Position numbers and translations under genes: made by a program. 64,000 nt of DNA from a virus (Duplodnaviria; Caudoviricetes): positions 1-64,000 of the IMG/VR virus record IMGVR_UViG_3300035422_000089; one strand, given 5' to 3'. This document shows positions 9,848 to 19,690 of this stretch, piece after piece (the first letter of the stretch is position 1; each line of letters opens with the position of its first letter). The notes under the pieces are model-generated. The model saw only the letters and a list, made by a program, of their open reading frames with translations, made no database searches and was not told where the DNA came from.

Positions 9848-9873
9848 CAGTGTTTAAATACACTGTATTTTTT
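9848..9873 (+). terminator. Probable intrinsic terminator after the tRNA
   Basis: CAGTGT/ACACTG stem followed by TATTTTTT. Confidence 0.5.
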
Positions 9874-9913
9874 ATACCCATTTTTAAGAATTTATAAGAA
9901 AGGATGAAGAAAA

Positions 9914-10531
9914 ATGGATTATGTTATCAAAAATTATAAGAATGTGTACATAAGATTAAACGAAAATGGTGCTGCGGTTACATGTACAGAACATGAGAAG
10001 ACATTATTTGAACAGTCAAAAGCAAAGAATATTCTTAAATGCTTACCAAAAACATTACAAAGATTGAATTTTAAGGTAGAACCTATTCTGGATATCGGAC
10101 AAAATAAATTAAGTTTATCTGCTGATAAAAAAGTGATACAAAATGACAATTATATAATTCCAGATCAGATTGCACAATGGGTAAATAAATTTGGAATATG
10201 TGATGATATATTGAAAGAAGCACAAAAGAGAAAAGAAGAATTAATCAGATTATTATCTGATGCAGATAAAGAATTTAGTAATATGGTACATAAAGTTGAA
10301 CTCGAAGAAAAAATAGATATGTACGGTGCTTGGGAAGAGAGAAATAAGTGGAGAAAGAATAGAAGAAAGAGAAGAGAAATAAAAGATGAGTTACTAATTA
10401 TTTCAAATGTATTGAAAATGGATTTTAGAAATCTTGATAGAAGTACCATTGATAAAGTTGTTAGAGGACTAGCAAAAAGAAAATTTACATATCGAGTAGT
10501 CGAAGAGGAGGAAACAGAAAATGTTGTGTAA
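9914..10531 (+). CDS. Hypothetical coiled-coil phage protein
   Basis: Long ORF with SD. Confidence 0.75.
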   Translation: MDYVIKNYKNVYIRLNENGAAVTCTEHEKTLFEQSKAKNILKCLPKTLQRLNFKVEPILDIGQNKLSLSADKKVIQNDNYIIPDQIAQWVNKFGICDDILKEAQKRKEELIRLLSDADKEFSNMVHKVELEEKIDMYGAWEERNKWRKNRRKRREIKDELLIISNVLKMDFRNLDRSTIDKVVRGLAKRKFTYRVVEEEETENVV

Positions 10532-10703
10532 AAGATGTATGACTGTAATGGCAACTGGAACTACATATGAGCAAAGAAGAGATGGTAAATCTTTAGCAAG
10601 AAGGTTTCACGAATGTAAAAGGTGTCATGATAAGGTTTATACAAAAGAACCAAATTTTCAGGAATGTATGAATAAGGCATCAAATAGATGTAGAAATAAA
10701 TAA
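10521..10703 (+). CDS. Hypothetical zinc-ribbon protein
   Basis: CKRC and CKRC pairs; GGAGG SD. Confidence 0.6.
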   Translation: MLCKRCMTVMATGTTYEQRRDGKSLARRFHECKRCHDKVYTKEPNFQECMNKASNRCRNK

Positions 10704-10732
10704 TACATAAAATCATAGAGAGGTGTATCATT

Positions 10733-11368
10733 ATGGATCAGATAATCATACCTGAATATATGGAGCCAATAGTAGTTTCATATTATCAGAATAATGCAAA
10801 GAAATTAAATAATGTGGTGGACAAAATTTTACTTAAACTTCATTTTGTTGATGTTGACAAGAATGACTTTTATTCTTTGGCAAATGAGATTTTTATGTAT
10901 ACGGTTAGGGATTATGACAAATCACAATCATTTGATGGTTTTTTATATTCTTGTTTATATAAGAAATTTTGTACAGAAATGACAAGTAGAAAAAGAGATA
11001 AGAGGTGTACTAAAGTAAAAGTTAAAGAAAAAAATGAAAAAGGAGAAGTAATTGAGAAGATTGTAATTATACCTGATGTAAGTATATATTCACCAATTGG
11101 AGAAGATGAAAGTTCTACTATTGAAGATATGATAGCAGATGAAACCACTATTGAAAAAGAAGTTTTTGATAAAAATGAAGAAGGATATAGTAAGAAAATG
11201 CTTTTGTATTTGAACAGACTTTCAAATCTTCAGAAAGAGGTATTAAGGCTTAATATAGCGGGATATCTTCCAAATGAAATTAGAGAAGAGTTACATATAA
11301 GTGAAAAGGAATATGCAGATTGTTATGCTGCTATTCATTCATATAGAAATGTTTCAGTGTTGTTTTAA
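10733..11368 (+). CDS. Phage RNA polymerase sigma-factor-like protein
   Basis: Region-2-like YDKSQSFDGFLYSCL and region-4-like LSNLQKEVLRLNIAGYLPNEIREEL helix-turn-helix. Confidence 0.7.
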   Translation: MDQIIIPEYMEPIVVSYYQNNAKKLNNVVDKILLKLHFVDVDKNDFYSLANEIFMYTVRDYDKSQSFDGFLYSCLYKKFCTEMTSRKRDKRCTKVKVKEKNEKGEVIEKIVIIPDVSIYSPIGEDESSTIEDMIADETTIEKEVFDKNEEGYSKKMLLYLNRLSNLQKEVLRLNIAGYLPNEIREELHISEKEYADCYAAIHSYRNVSVLF

Positions 11369-11402
11369 TTGATATCAAAGAGAATAATGGGAGGAATTTA
11401 AA

Positions 11403-12776
11403 ATGGCAAGACCTAGAAAACAAACCTATACTTTGGACATGTATCTGAAGAAGAACCGGAAGGGAGACATTGATAATAATGCAGATGTTCAGAGAAACTT
11501 TGTGTGGAATAATGAGCAGATTAATGAATTAATTGTTACTGTTCTTACGGATGATTATATTCCTCCCATTATTCTTGGAGAAGAATCTAATTCAAGATTA
11601 CATATTGTGGATGGTGGTCAAAGAACAGCAGCATTAATAAAATATAGATATGGAAATCATAAGATCACAGCTTCCATAGAAAATTCTATAATACATTACA
11701 AGAAAAAGGTGGTAGGTGAAGATGGGAAAATTATATATGAAGATGCTGTATTCGATATAAAAAACAAGACTTTTGAAAAACTTCCAGACGAATTAAAGGA
11801 AAAGTTTGATGAGTACCAGATTGAAACAGTTATTCATGAATCTTGTGATAGTTTCATAATTTCAAGATATATCAAGAGATACAACAATCATGTAGCTATG
11901 AATACTGAACAAAAAGCATTTACATATATTGATAAATATGCAAGCCGTATCCGTGATATTCTGAATAGCAGATTTTTTATTGAGTGTAACAATTATTCTG
12001 AAAAGGATAAGACAAAGGGTGTTGTTGAGAGAATTGTAGTGGAAGCTATGATGTGTATGAATCATTTCGATAATTGGAAAACGCAGCCAAAACCTGCTTG
12101 TAAATATCTTAATGATCATGCGACTGAGGAAGAATTCGATATATTTACAGATAATTTACATAGACTCGAAAAGATCATAACCAAAGATATTAAGAACATA
12201 TTTAATAAAAAGGATTCTTTTATATTCCTTACACTGTTTGATAAATTTGCACGACTTGGATTAGATGACGAGAAGTTTGCTGAATTTTTAAGAGAGTTTC
12301 AATACAAATTACGTTCAATCAAAAGAAATGATAAGAAATTGTTATTTGATGAAATTGACAAGGACGCAAGCACAAAGGATAAGCAGGTTATAACTGATAA
12401 GTTATATATGCTTGAGAACATGATGTTGGAATTTTTGCATATAGACAACGACAATTCTTCACAAAGTAATATAGAATCATTTATATCTCAAAATCTTGGT
12501 ATAAATGTAGAAGCTATTCAGACGGATATGGATTTTTATAATGAGTCATTGAATGAATTATTAGATAATACAGTTAAGATTGATTCTAAATTACGGAATG
12601 AGGAAAATAGGTTTTCGTTGTTAGCAATGATGGTTTATTCATACAAAGAAGATAAGGATTTAGATGAATGGATGACCGAATACGCAAGGCGTAACAATAC
12701 GTATTTTATTGACCAGAAAAAGAATTTCTTACATATGAAAAATGATTTTGAGAAATATCTTAAAACATGTGCTTAA
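11403..12776 (+). CDS. DUF262 domain protein with long C-terminal extension
   Basis: VQRNFVW, IPPIILG and IVDGGQRT. Confidence 0.75.
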   Translation: MARPRKQTYTLDMYLKKNRKGDIDNNADVQRNFVWNNEQINELIVTVLTDDYIPPIILGEESNSRLHIVDGGQRTAALIKYRYGNHKITASIENSIIHYKKKVVGEDGKIIYEDAVFDIKNKTFEKLPDELKEKFDEYQIETVIHESCDSFIISRYIKRYNNHVAMNTEQKAFTYIDKYASRIRDILNSRFFIECNNYSEKDKTKGVVERIVVEAMMCMNHFDNWKTQPKPACKYLNDHATEEEFDIFTDNLHRLEKIITKDIKNIFNKKDSFIFLTLFDKFARLGLDDEKFAEFLREFQYKLRSIKRNDKKLLFDEIDKDASTKDKQVITDKLYMLENMMLEFLHIDNDNSSQSNIESFISQNLGINVEAIQTDMDFYNESLNELLDNTVKIDSKLRNEENRFSLLAMMVYSYKEDKDLDEWMTEYARRNNTYFIDQKKNFLHMKNDFEKYLKTCA

Positions 12777-12790
12777 AGGAGGAAGAATTA

Positions 12791-13105
12791 ATGGCAGATA
12801 TTATTAAATTTCAGCAGTACGTTAATGCAAAAGATGAAGAGAAAAGACGTATTAAACAGGTATCTTTATTGTCTACAAAGAGCAAGAATATTGAAGGATT
12901 ATTACATAATATTAGTAATAGTGTAGGATGTTCATTTGTAACAAAGCATTTTGGTGAAATGAATCAGATTGTAGAAAAAGAAAACATACTTGATCCTGCA
13001 ATGTTGGAGGTGATTATTAATTTTCTAAAGGATTATAATAGTAAGATTTGTGAACAGATTAAAGAATTGAGTGGCTATGATACGAAGGTAACTATATCGT
13101 ATTAA
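12791..13105 (+). CDS. Hypothetical protein
   Basis: GGAGG SD before ATG 12791. Confidence 0.6.
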   Translation: MADIIKFQQYVNAKDEEKRRIKQVSLLSTKSKNIEGLLHNISNSVGCSFVTKHFGEMNQIVEKENILDPAMLEVIINFLKDYNSKICEQIKELSGYDTKVTISY

Positions 13106-13152
13106 AAGCCGCATTTCAAAGGGAAAATTGAAGAGAAAAGGAGAAAAATATT

Positions 13153-13377
13153 ATGAATTATGGTAGATGTATTATTTTTGGTGATAAGGAGTGTAAGAAA
13201 ACTCTACCAATGTCATTAGCTGAGTTGGAAAGTGCAGTATTTGAAATTACCAAGAAGCAGAATTATATATCGAATTGTGGATTAAGTGTTGAGGTTACTG
13301 CACTTGCAATTAAGGAGTTACAGGAACAGAAAAAGAAACTGTTGGATTTGATGCACAAAAAGGTTGATGAACTGTAG
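13153..13377 (+). CDS. Hypothetical protein
   Basis: ORF with GGAG SD. Confidence 0.6.
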   Translation: MNYGRCIIFGDKECKKTLPMSLAELESAVFEITKKQNYISNCGLSVEVTALAIKELQEQKKKLLDLMHKKVDEL

Positions 13378-13403
13378 GAGAAATAGTCATTAGTGATAAA
13401 AAG

Positions 13404-13499
13404 ATGAAAAGAGATGATTTAGGGAATCGGATGAAAATATTTTATGAAGAAATTCCTAAGACAAAATTAATGAGAAGGAATATTTTAAGAATTGAGTAA
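13404..13499 (+). pseudogene. Orphaned original 5' end of thg1 (MKRDDLGNRMKIFYEEIPKTKLMRR...)
   Basis: Matches the Thg1-like N-terminal pattern (D.LG.RMK.YE....L..R), then runs into the endonuclease start. Confidence 0.7.
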
Positions 13500-14568
13500 A
13501 AGAATTATTTTGGACAAAAATGAGCTGCACCAAAAATATGTAGTGGAGAAATTATCACAAGCTAAAACTGCAAAATACTTTAATTGTTCTATTGACACTG
13601 TTGTAAGAAACTTAAAAGATTATGGGATAAAAGCTCATAAACAAGGAGCTTGGTGTGTTTCAAATAGAGTGGAATTATCAGAATATCAAAGAAATAAGTT
13701 ATGTGGTGCATTATTAGGTGATGGTAGTCTGATAAAGTGTAAGAACGGTATAAATGCACAGTTTACATATGTTTCAAAATCAAAGCAACATGTTGAGTTT
13801 GTATGTAAGGACTTTATGGAATATTCATATAAAGAGGGAATAAAAAAATATGAATACATTGATAAAAGAACAAAGAAGCAGTATTTACGGTATACGTTTA
13901 GAACGATTACAGATCAAGGATTTACTGCTGAATATTATAGGTGGTATAAAAATGGAATTAAGCATATTCCAGAAGATTTAATTTTAAATCCCTTAATATG
14001 TTTAATTTGGTATATAGGAGATGGTAGCATATGCAACTCTTCTAAAAATAATAGTCAATGTATAAAAATTGCCACTAATTGTTTTGATAAAAACGAGCAA
14101 GAAAGAATTTTACTTCCTCAATTATCTGATTTTGGTGCAAGATTATGTAAGGCTGGCAAAAATAAATCAACTAACAAATATCAATATGCAATTTACATTC
14201 CTAAAAAGAAAATGGAACAGTTCTTTGAATTTATTGGAGAATGTCCATTTCCTGATTATAAATATAAATGGGATTATAAAGAGAAATTTTATCCATCTTA
14301 TGAAGATTATTATGAAGAATGGGAAAAGTTGTATTTAAATGGAATGGGTTACACGCATATTGCTAGATTATATGGAGCAGATAATACAACAGTTCTAAAA
14401 TATTTAAGAAAAGTTGGAATATATAAGAGATTTGAGGGATACAAGCAATTTTATAAGGAATGGGAAGATATGTTTATTTCTGGAATGAAATACTATGATA
14501 TAGCCAAAAAATATAATTGCTGTTCTCAAACCGTATTACATCATTTAAGACAAGTAAATTTATTTTAG
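13492..14568 (+). mobile_element. Free-standing LAGLIDADG homing endonuclease with terminal HTH-like segments
   Basis: Two LAGLIDADG-type motifs (GALLGDGSL, IWYIGDGSI); inserted within thg1. Confidence 0.85.
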
Positions 14569-14589
14569 AAAAGAAAGGAGTTATACAGG

Positions 14590-15433
14590 ATGGACAATAG
14601 TAATATTGCAAAACGAATGAAAAAATATGAAGCAGTACATAAAAGTGTATTGATGAATCGTATGCCAGTCATCCTTCGTCTTTGACGGCAAGGCATTCCA
14701 CACATTCACCAGAGGATTCAAAAGACCTTTTGATGATGTTCTTATTATGACAATGCAGGAAACAGCGAAATATCTTTGCGAGAATATACAAGGTTGCTCA
14801 TTAGCCTATACACAGTCAGATGAAATTTCTTTGTTACTAATTGATTATCAGAGATTTGAAACGTCGGCATGGTTTGATTATGAAATACAGAAAATGTGTA
14901 GTATTTCTGCAAGTATGGCGACTATGGCTTTTAATCGGATATTCAGTGAAACTGTGTCTGATTTGAAGGTTGATAATACAAAAACAATGGATAGATATTT
15001 TGAGGTTGCTTATTCAGGAGCCATGTTTGATGCCAGAGTCTTTAATATTCCACGAGAAGAAGCGACAAATTACTTCTACTGGCGGCAACTTGATGCTTCC
15101 AGGAACAGTATTCAGATGGTAGGACAAGCAAATTTCAGTCATAAAGAATTACAGAATAAATCTTGCAATGATATTCAGGATATGCTTATGACTCAGAAAG
15201 GAATCAATTGGAATGACTTTCTTACATATCACAAACGTGGGAGCTGTGTGATAAGAACAGAAATAAAAACGGATAAAATAGATACTATGGAAGAAATGTC
15301 GTTTGGAGAAAATAAAAAATCTTCGATAGTAAATATCGAAAGACAACATTGGATTATTGATAAGGATATTCCGATTTTCAAAGGTAAAGGCAGACAATAT
15401 ATTGAACGGTTTGTGAATGTAGGAGAGGTGTAA
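14590..15433 (+). CDS. thg1: tRNA(His) guanylyltransferase Thg1-like (3'-5' polymerase); requires +1 frameshift at 14680-14686
   Basis: RL/DGKAFH across the shift, YTQSDEISL, FDARVF, WRQLDASRNS and KRGSC; SD AAAGGAG before ATG 14590. Confidence 0.85.
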
Positions 15434-15434
15434 T

Positions 15435-15605
15435 ATGAATGAGTTTGATAAGTGTTATTTCTGTACATGTTATGATGAATACGATGGATGCGAATGTGGA
15501 TGTGATGATAAATCTGGATTTGATCCTGATCATGATAAAATTATTAGCAAAGCAAAAGAAAAACATATTTCAGTAGCAGATGTAATTGCATTAATGAATA
15601 TTTGA
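15435..15605 (+). CDS. Hypothetical 56-aa Cys-containing protein (not in track)
   Basis: GAGGTG SD; open to TGA 15603-15605. Confidence 0.5.
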   Translation: MNEFDKCYFCTCYDEYDGCECGCDDKSGFDPDHDKIISKAKEKHISVADVIALMNI

Positions 15606-16015
15606 GGAGAGTTACAGTGAAAACTACAGAAAACGATATTCTTATGATATGTAAAGGTCTTTATGATCAGGATAAATATAAAACATTAGAAGATGCTTTA
15701 GACGCATATTATAGAAAATATTATTGTATTCCAAAAGAAAAACTTCCTGTTTTATCATATAAGTTTATGCTTCATTTATGGTTTAACAGATGTGTAGAAG
15801 TGTTTCTTACACCAGATAGAATTAGGAGTTTTTGGCAGAATGTAATTGTTGATGAAGCATTTCAGGAAAAACGATGGTTAAATGCGGATGGTTGTACAGA
15901 ATTTTATGAAGTTCTATATCATCGAATTGTTTCATGGCTAATATTACTTAATGTTAAAGATGATGAAGGGAATTGGTTAATTGATGTATCAGATTACACA
16001 GAAGATGTAATTTGA
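15602..16015 (+). CDS. Hypothetical protein
   Basis: ORF on the coding strand; start uncertain. Confidence 0.65.
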   Translation: MRRVTVKTTENDILMICKGLYDQDKYKTLEDALDAYYRKYYCIPKEKLPVLSYKFMLHLWFNRCVEVFLTPDRIRSFWQNVIVDEAFQEKRWLNADGCTEFYEVLYHRIVSWLILLNVKDDEGNWLIDVSDYTEDVI

Positions 16016-16051
16016 TACCCAATGAATCTAACATTTTAATTGGAGGATAGT

Positions 16052-16756
16052 ATGGATAAAATTGATAAGATATTAATGTATGATCCGATCGCGGAGGCAG
16101 AAAAAATTACTGGAAAAGAGCATTGGAGTAATTTTTCTGAAAGTGATAATATGTTGGCATTATTGATGAATATGCAACATGCAAATAAAAAAGCAGATAT
16201 ATTAAAAAATAGTAAGGATACATATTTTTCAATGTCATGGGATTATCTTATTGATATTTTACAGAAAAATGAATTTGAATTAGGAACAGAGTGGTGGTTT
16301 GTTGATGATCAATGGGGAAGTATAAATAATGAGAGAGCAGTAATTTATTATAGAAAAGATGGTATTGTTGTATATGCAGAAAGTTATAACAATGGAACAT
16401 CCGTAAATGGTGGTAAGTGCTATTATGAATTAGAAATGAAAGAAGATGTAAATAAGAGCGAAGTTTTTTGCTTAATCCATACAGGCTGTTGGTATGATGA
16501 AAACAAAATAGAAAATGAATTAGATATTAGAGAAGGTTTAATTCATGAATTAAACAAAGCAACACGATATGGAAGTTTTATAAAAAAATGGAAGAATAGA
16601 AGTCATTTATGGATACTTGATTATATGGAGTCAAAAAATAGAATTAACCATAATGATGAATATGAAGTTTGGAGCAAACAATATCAAGAAATAACAAAAG
16701 AACATATTAGTAAGTGTCCAAAAGAGTTACAAGATATCGTGGAATGCAGTCTTTGA
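16052..16756 (+). CDS. Hypothetical protein
   Basis: GGAGG SD before ATG 16052. Confidence 0.75.
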   Translation: MDKIDKILMYDPIAEAEKITGKEHWSNFSESDNMLALLMNMQHANKKADILKNSKDTYFSMSWDYLIDILQKNEFELGTEWWFVDDQWGSINNERAVIYYRKDGIVVYAESYNNGTSVNGGKCYYELEMKEDVNKSEVFCLIHTGCWYDENKIENELDIREGLIHELNKATRYGSFIKKWKNRSHLWILDYMESKNRINHNDEYEVWSKQYQEITKEHISKCPKELQDIVECSL

Positions 16757-16796
16757 AAAATTCATTTCATGACTATTTAAGAGAAAGGATAATATT

Positions 16797-17600
16797 ATGG
16801 ATAAATATATGGATAAGTTAAAAGAAGACGATCCAAATACAATGATGACTCCACAACAATATTTTGATTCTATGAAGGAAAAGAAAAACGCTGTGACTTC
16901 TGAGAATTTAAAGAAGATTTATGATAACTGTTTGGAACTTGCAAATAAGTATAAAATTACTGGTCAAATTCGTGGACTGAGAAAAATTTTATTCTGTATG
17001 GAGTCTATCGAGAAAGAGAAAAAACTTGTAGATATGGGAATCACAACTTTTATTTACAAGGATGATATTGATTTCTATATAGATAGCGTTGCTAATGGCA
17101 GAAATAGAAATGAAAAGCCAATTAAAATTATTGAATTAGAGCGATATGAAAGAGAAATTCCTGATGAGATTGTAGAAGTAATTGACAAGACTAAGGAATT
17201 ATTTGACCAAATGTATATTGTATATACTGATTATACTGGTAAAGAAGAACGAAAAATTGAAGCAGAGAGAAAGCAAAAAGATCCTATTCTTTTTGGAACT
17301 TTTCAAAATAAAGAAAAGAAAGTGTGCATTGACAGATTTTATTATCTTGGCGATTGGATTGACGAATTTTGTGATTTGACACTCGACAAAATGGTAAATG
17401 AAACTGAAAAATTAGGTAGAAATATTGTGAGAACGATTACTACCCCAAAAGATGTAGAAGAATTAAGAAAGTACATTGATTCTCACTACGAAGTAGAAAA
17501 GGATAGTATTTCAAAGATTATCAGAAAAGCAGATGTAGATTTTGTGCCTAAGAGTAGTTTGTTTTCAAAAGTAAAGACTGTATTCAGTAGAAAGAAGTAA
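16797..17600 (+). CDS. Hypothetical phage protein
   Basis: Long ORF with AAAGGA SD. Confidence 0.75.
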   Translation: MDKYMDKLKEDDPNTMMTPQQYFDSMKEKKNAVTSENLKKIYDNCLELANKYKITGQIRGLRKILFCMESIEKEKKLVDMGITTFIYKDDIDFYIDSVANGRNRNEKPIKIIELERYEREIPDEIVEVIDKTKELFDQMYIVYTDYTGKEERKIEAERKQKDPILFGTFQNKEKKVCIDRFYYLGDWIDEFCDLTLDKMVNETEKLGRNIVRTITTPKDVEELRKYIDSHYEVEKDSISKIIRKADVDFVPKSSLFSKVKTVFSRKK

Positions 17601-17602
17601 AT

Positions 17603-18028
17603 ATGATACAAGATTTAACTGCAAATAGAGATTTTCAAAATGATAGAGATTGGAATATTTTATCAAATTTAATAAGGCAAAGATCAGCGCAGGATGATTT
17701 AACATCTCCCTTTGATGAAGTTGTATTAACAGGCACAACTTTTGATCGTGACCATAAGAGATATATTCTGGATTATGAAAGCGAACAAAAGAATATGTGC
17801 GATTGCTGTGGTGCGCCAATTAAAATTCGACCTTGGGATTTTGAAGAAAATAAAACGTTATGTCCTGAATGTGAGAAGTGGTTGGAAAAATCACATAATC
17901 TTCATGAAAATGGTGAACTACCAGAGCAGATTATTGATGATGATTTTACTGTAAGAGTTATGAAACCTTGGGATATAAATGAGTTTGAAAGAGAAAATGC
18001 AGTTGATAATGTATTGTTATGGGACTAA
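17603..18028 (+). CDS. Hypothetical protein with CxxC pairs
   Basis: CDCC and CPEC. Confidence 0.65.
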   Translation: MIQDLTANRDFQNDRDWNILSNLIRQRSAQDDLTSPFDEVVLTGTTFDRDHKRYILDYESEQKNMCDCCGAPIKIRPWDFEENKTLCPECEKWLEKSHNLHENGELPEQIIDDDFTVRVMKPWDINEFERENAVDNVLLWD

Positions 18029-18068
18029 ATTGTGCCAATAAAAAATTGATTTTAAGGAGAAAAAATGT

Positions 18069-18452
18069 ATGTTTAAAGTGGAGAATATTATAAAAGGAAT
18101 TAATGTATTGGAACAGACACCAATAAAAGATTATACAATGTTATCTAGAATTCTTGTAGGAATTGGGATAGGTACTGCAATGATTGCTACAATCATATTT
18201 TATATCAAAACCAAATCACAATATAGTATTTGTTGGAAAGATAAATGTAGCAAAATATTTTTGATATTTTACATTTTTGGACTTTCTTTAGTTATATTTG
18301 CTATAATTCGGTTTCCTTGGTTTTATATAGAAACAGGAAGGTATACATATAAATGTATATTGGAAGATGATGTATCGGCAAATTATATTAGTGATAATTT
18401 TAATGTAATTAGTGTAGAAGATGGTGTGTGGGAAATAGAAGATAAAGAGTAG
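18069..18452 (+). CDS. Hypothetical membrane protein (2 TM)
   Basis: Two hydrophobic stretches; SD AAGGAG. Confidence 0.65.
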   Translation: MFKVENIIKGINVLEQTPIKDYTMLSRILVGIGIGTAMIATIIFYIKTKSQYSICWKDKCSKIFLIFYIFGLSLVIFAIIRFPWFYIETGRYTYKCILEDDVSANYISDNFNVISVEDGVWEIEDKE

Positions 18453-18486
18453 AATGGCATTGAAATTTCCGTTTTAAGGGAAGAAA

Positions 18487-18849
18487 GTGAGGATAAATAA
18501 TATGGGAACTATTAGAAATAGAGTTATTATTGTTCATCATTATAGAAAAGAAGAAATTGAAGAAATTAGACAGGATGCGGTTGATTTTTTCCAAAAGGTT
18601 GTATTAGAAGATAATGAGTTTTCTGAGTACGATGTTAATACTAAAATGATTACACCTATAATGGAAAGCTTAATAAATGGTGAATACACTTTTATGATTA
18701 TGGGTGAATGCTCCAAAATCGGTTGGAGTTCATCTGATTTATTTGATGAAAAGCGCAGAGAGTGGTTCGAAAACAACAGAGATAAATGTCAGAATATTAT
18801 TTTAGTTGATTTCGGAGAAGAATATGAAGCCGAAATGGAAGCGTATTAA
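18487..18849 (+). CDS. Hypothetical protein
   Basis: ORF; true start may be ATG 18502. Confidence 0.65.
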   Translation: MRINNMGTIRNRVIIVHHYRKEEIEEIRQDAVDFFQKVVLEDNEFSEYDVNTKMITPIMESLINGEYTFMIMGECSKIGWSSSDLFDEKRREWFENNRDKCQNIILVDFGEEYEAEMEAY

Positions 18850-18909
18850 ACGACAATAAATCGAAGGTTTCAAGTTGTGGAACTTAATTAAGAAAGGTAG
18901 AAAATACAT

Positions 18910-19461
18910 ATGTTTGGAGCGAAGAAAGAAGAAATTCAGAAAAGCAATTATGAATTACAATTAGAAAATGAAAAGTTAAAGATTGAATCAGAAATTTTGC
19001 GGTTTAAATTAGATCAAATAAATGAGAAAAATTCTATCTTAGAAGATCAACTAAGAGAAGCGAGAAATGTTAATACAGAAAGAATCAAAGCAGAAAATGA
19101 ATCTTTGAAGAAAGAAATTGTAGATTTGAAGTTTAAGATGTCAACCGATACTACACAGATTGAGGTTGAAACAGAGAATAAAAAGATGAAAGCACAGATA
19201 GAAATTCAGAAGTCAGAGAATAAACATCTCAAAGACTTGCTTGATGCTTATAGATCAATGCCAGACGTGAAGAATATGGTAGATAGTCTTTCAAGCTTAG
19301 CAGTGCCACATTTGGATGAATTAAAGACATTTTCTAAAATGATTTCTGACGCAAAAGTATCTCAGTTATGCGAAGAATTATCTATAACAAATAAGTCTAT
19401 GCAGAATGTTAGAGATGAATTGAGTTATGTCTTTGATAGACTTCGTGGAAGTAGATTCTAA
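18910..19461 (+). CDS. Hypothetical coiled-coil protein
   Basis: E/K/Q-rich heptad-like sequence; SD AAAGGT. Confidence 0.7.
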   Translation: MFGAKKEEIQKSNYELQLENEKLKIESEILRFKLDQINEKNSILEDQLREARNVNTERIKAENESLKKEIVDLKFKMSTDTTQIEVETENKKMKAQIEIQKSENKHLKDLLDAYRSMPDVKNMVDSLSSLAVPHLDELKTFSKMISDAKVSQLCEELSITNKSMQNVRDELSYVFDRLRGSRF

Positions 19462-19485
19462 TCTGCAATGAAAGAAACATTTCAA

Positions 19486-19603
19486 ATAAAAACTCGTTGT
19501 CAATACAAGTTTGGCGACCGAATTGACAACGAGCCATACGTAAACAAAATGGAATGATCCAGATTGTTATTCTGATTATAGCAATTCTGAGCGACTGATT
19601 CAA
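19486..19603 (-). ncRNA. Candidate antisense sRNA unit (promoter, about 83-nt RNA, terminator)
   Basis: Minus strand TTGAAT (19603-19598), 17 nt, TATAAT (19580-19575) with extended TG; 12-bp stem 19493-19504/19522-19533 followed by a U-tract. Confidence 0.55.
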
Positions 19604-19630
19604 GTTGGTATTCCAAATTTAAACATAAGC

Positions 19631-19677
19631 GAAAGGAGCAAAGAGGTTTCTGCGCAGGATAAATCATGATTTACTCC
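19631..19677 (+). promoter_or_regulatory. Methyltransferase leader, family 1 copy A
   Basis: GGAGCAAA-GAGGTTT-CTGCGCAG-GA-TAAATCATGATTTA-CTCC. Confidence 0.75.
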
Positions 19678-19690
19678 AAGTAGATAATTA

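Noticed and set aside
13480-14660. Group I intron interrupting thg1
   Set aside because: Only about 10-20 nt flank the endonuclease ORF, leaving no room for a ribozyme core, and a complete new start with SD follows.
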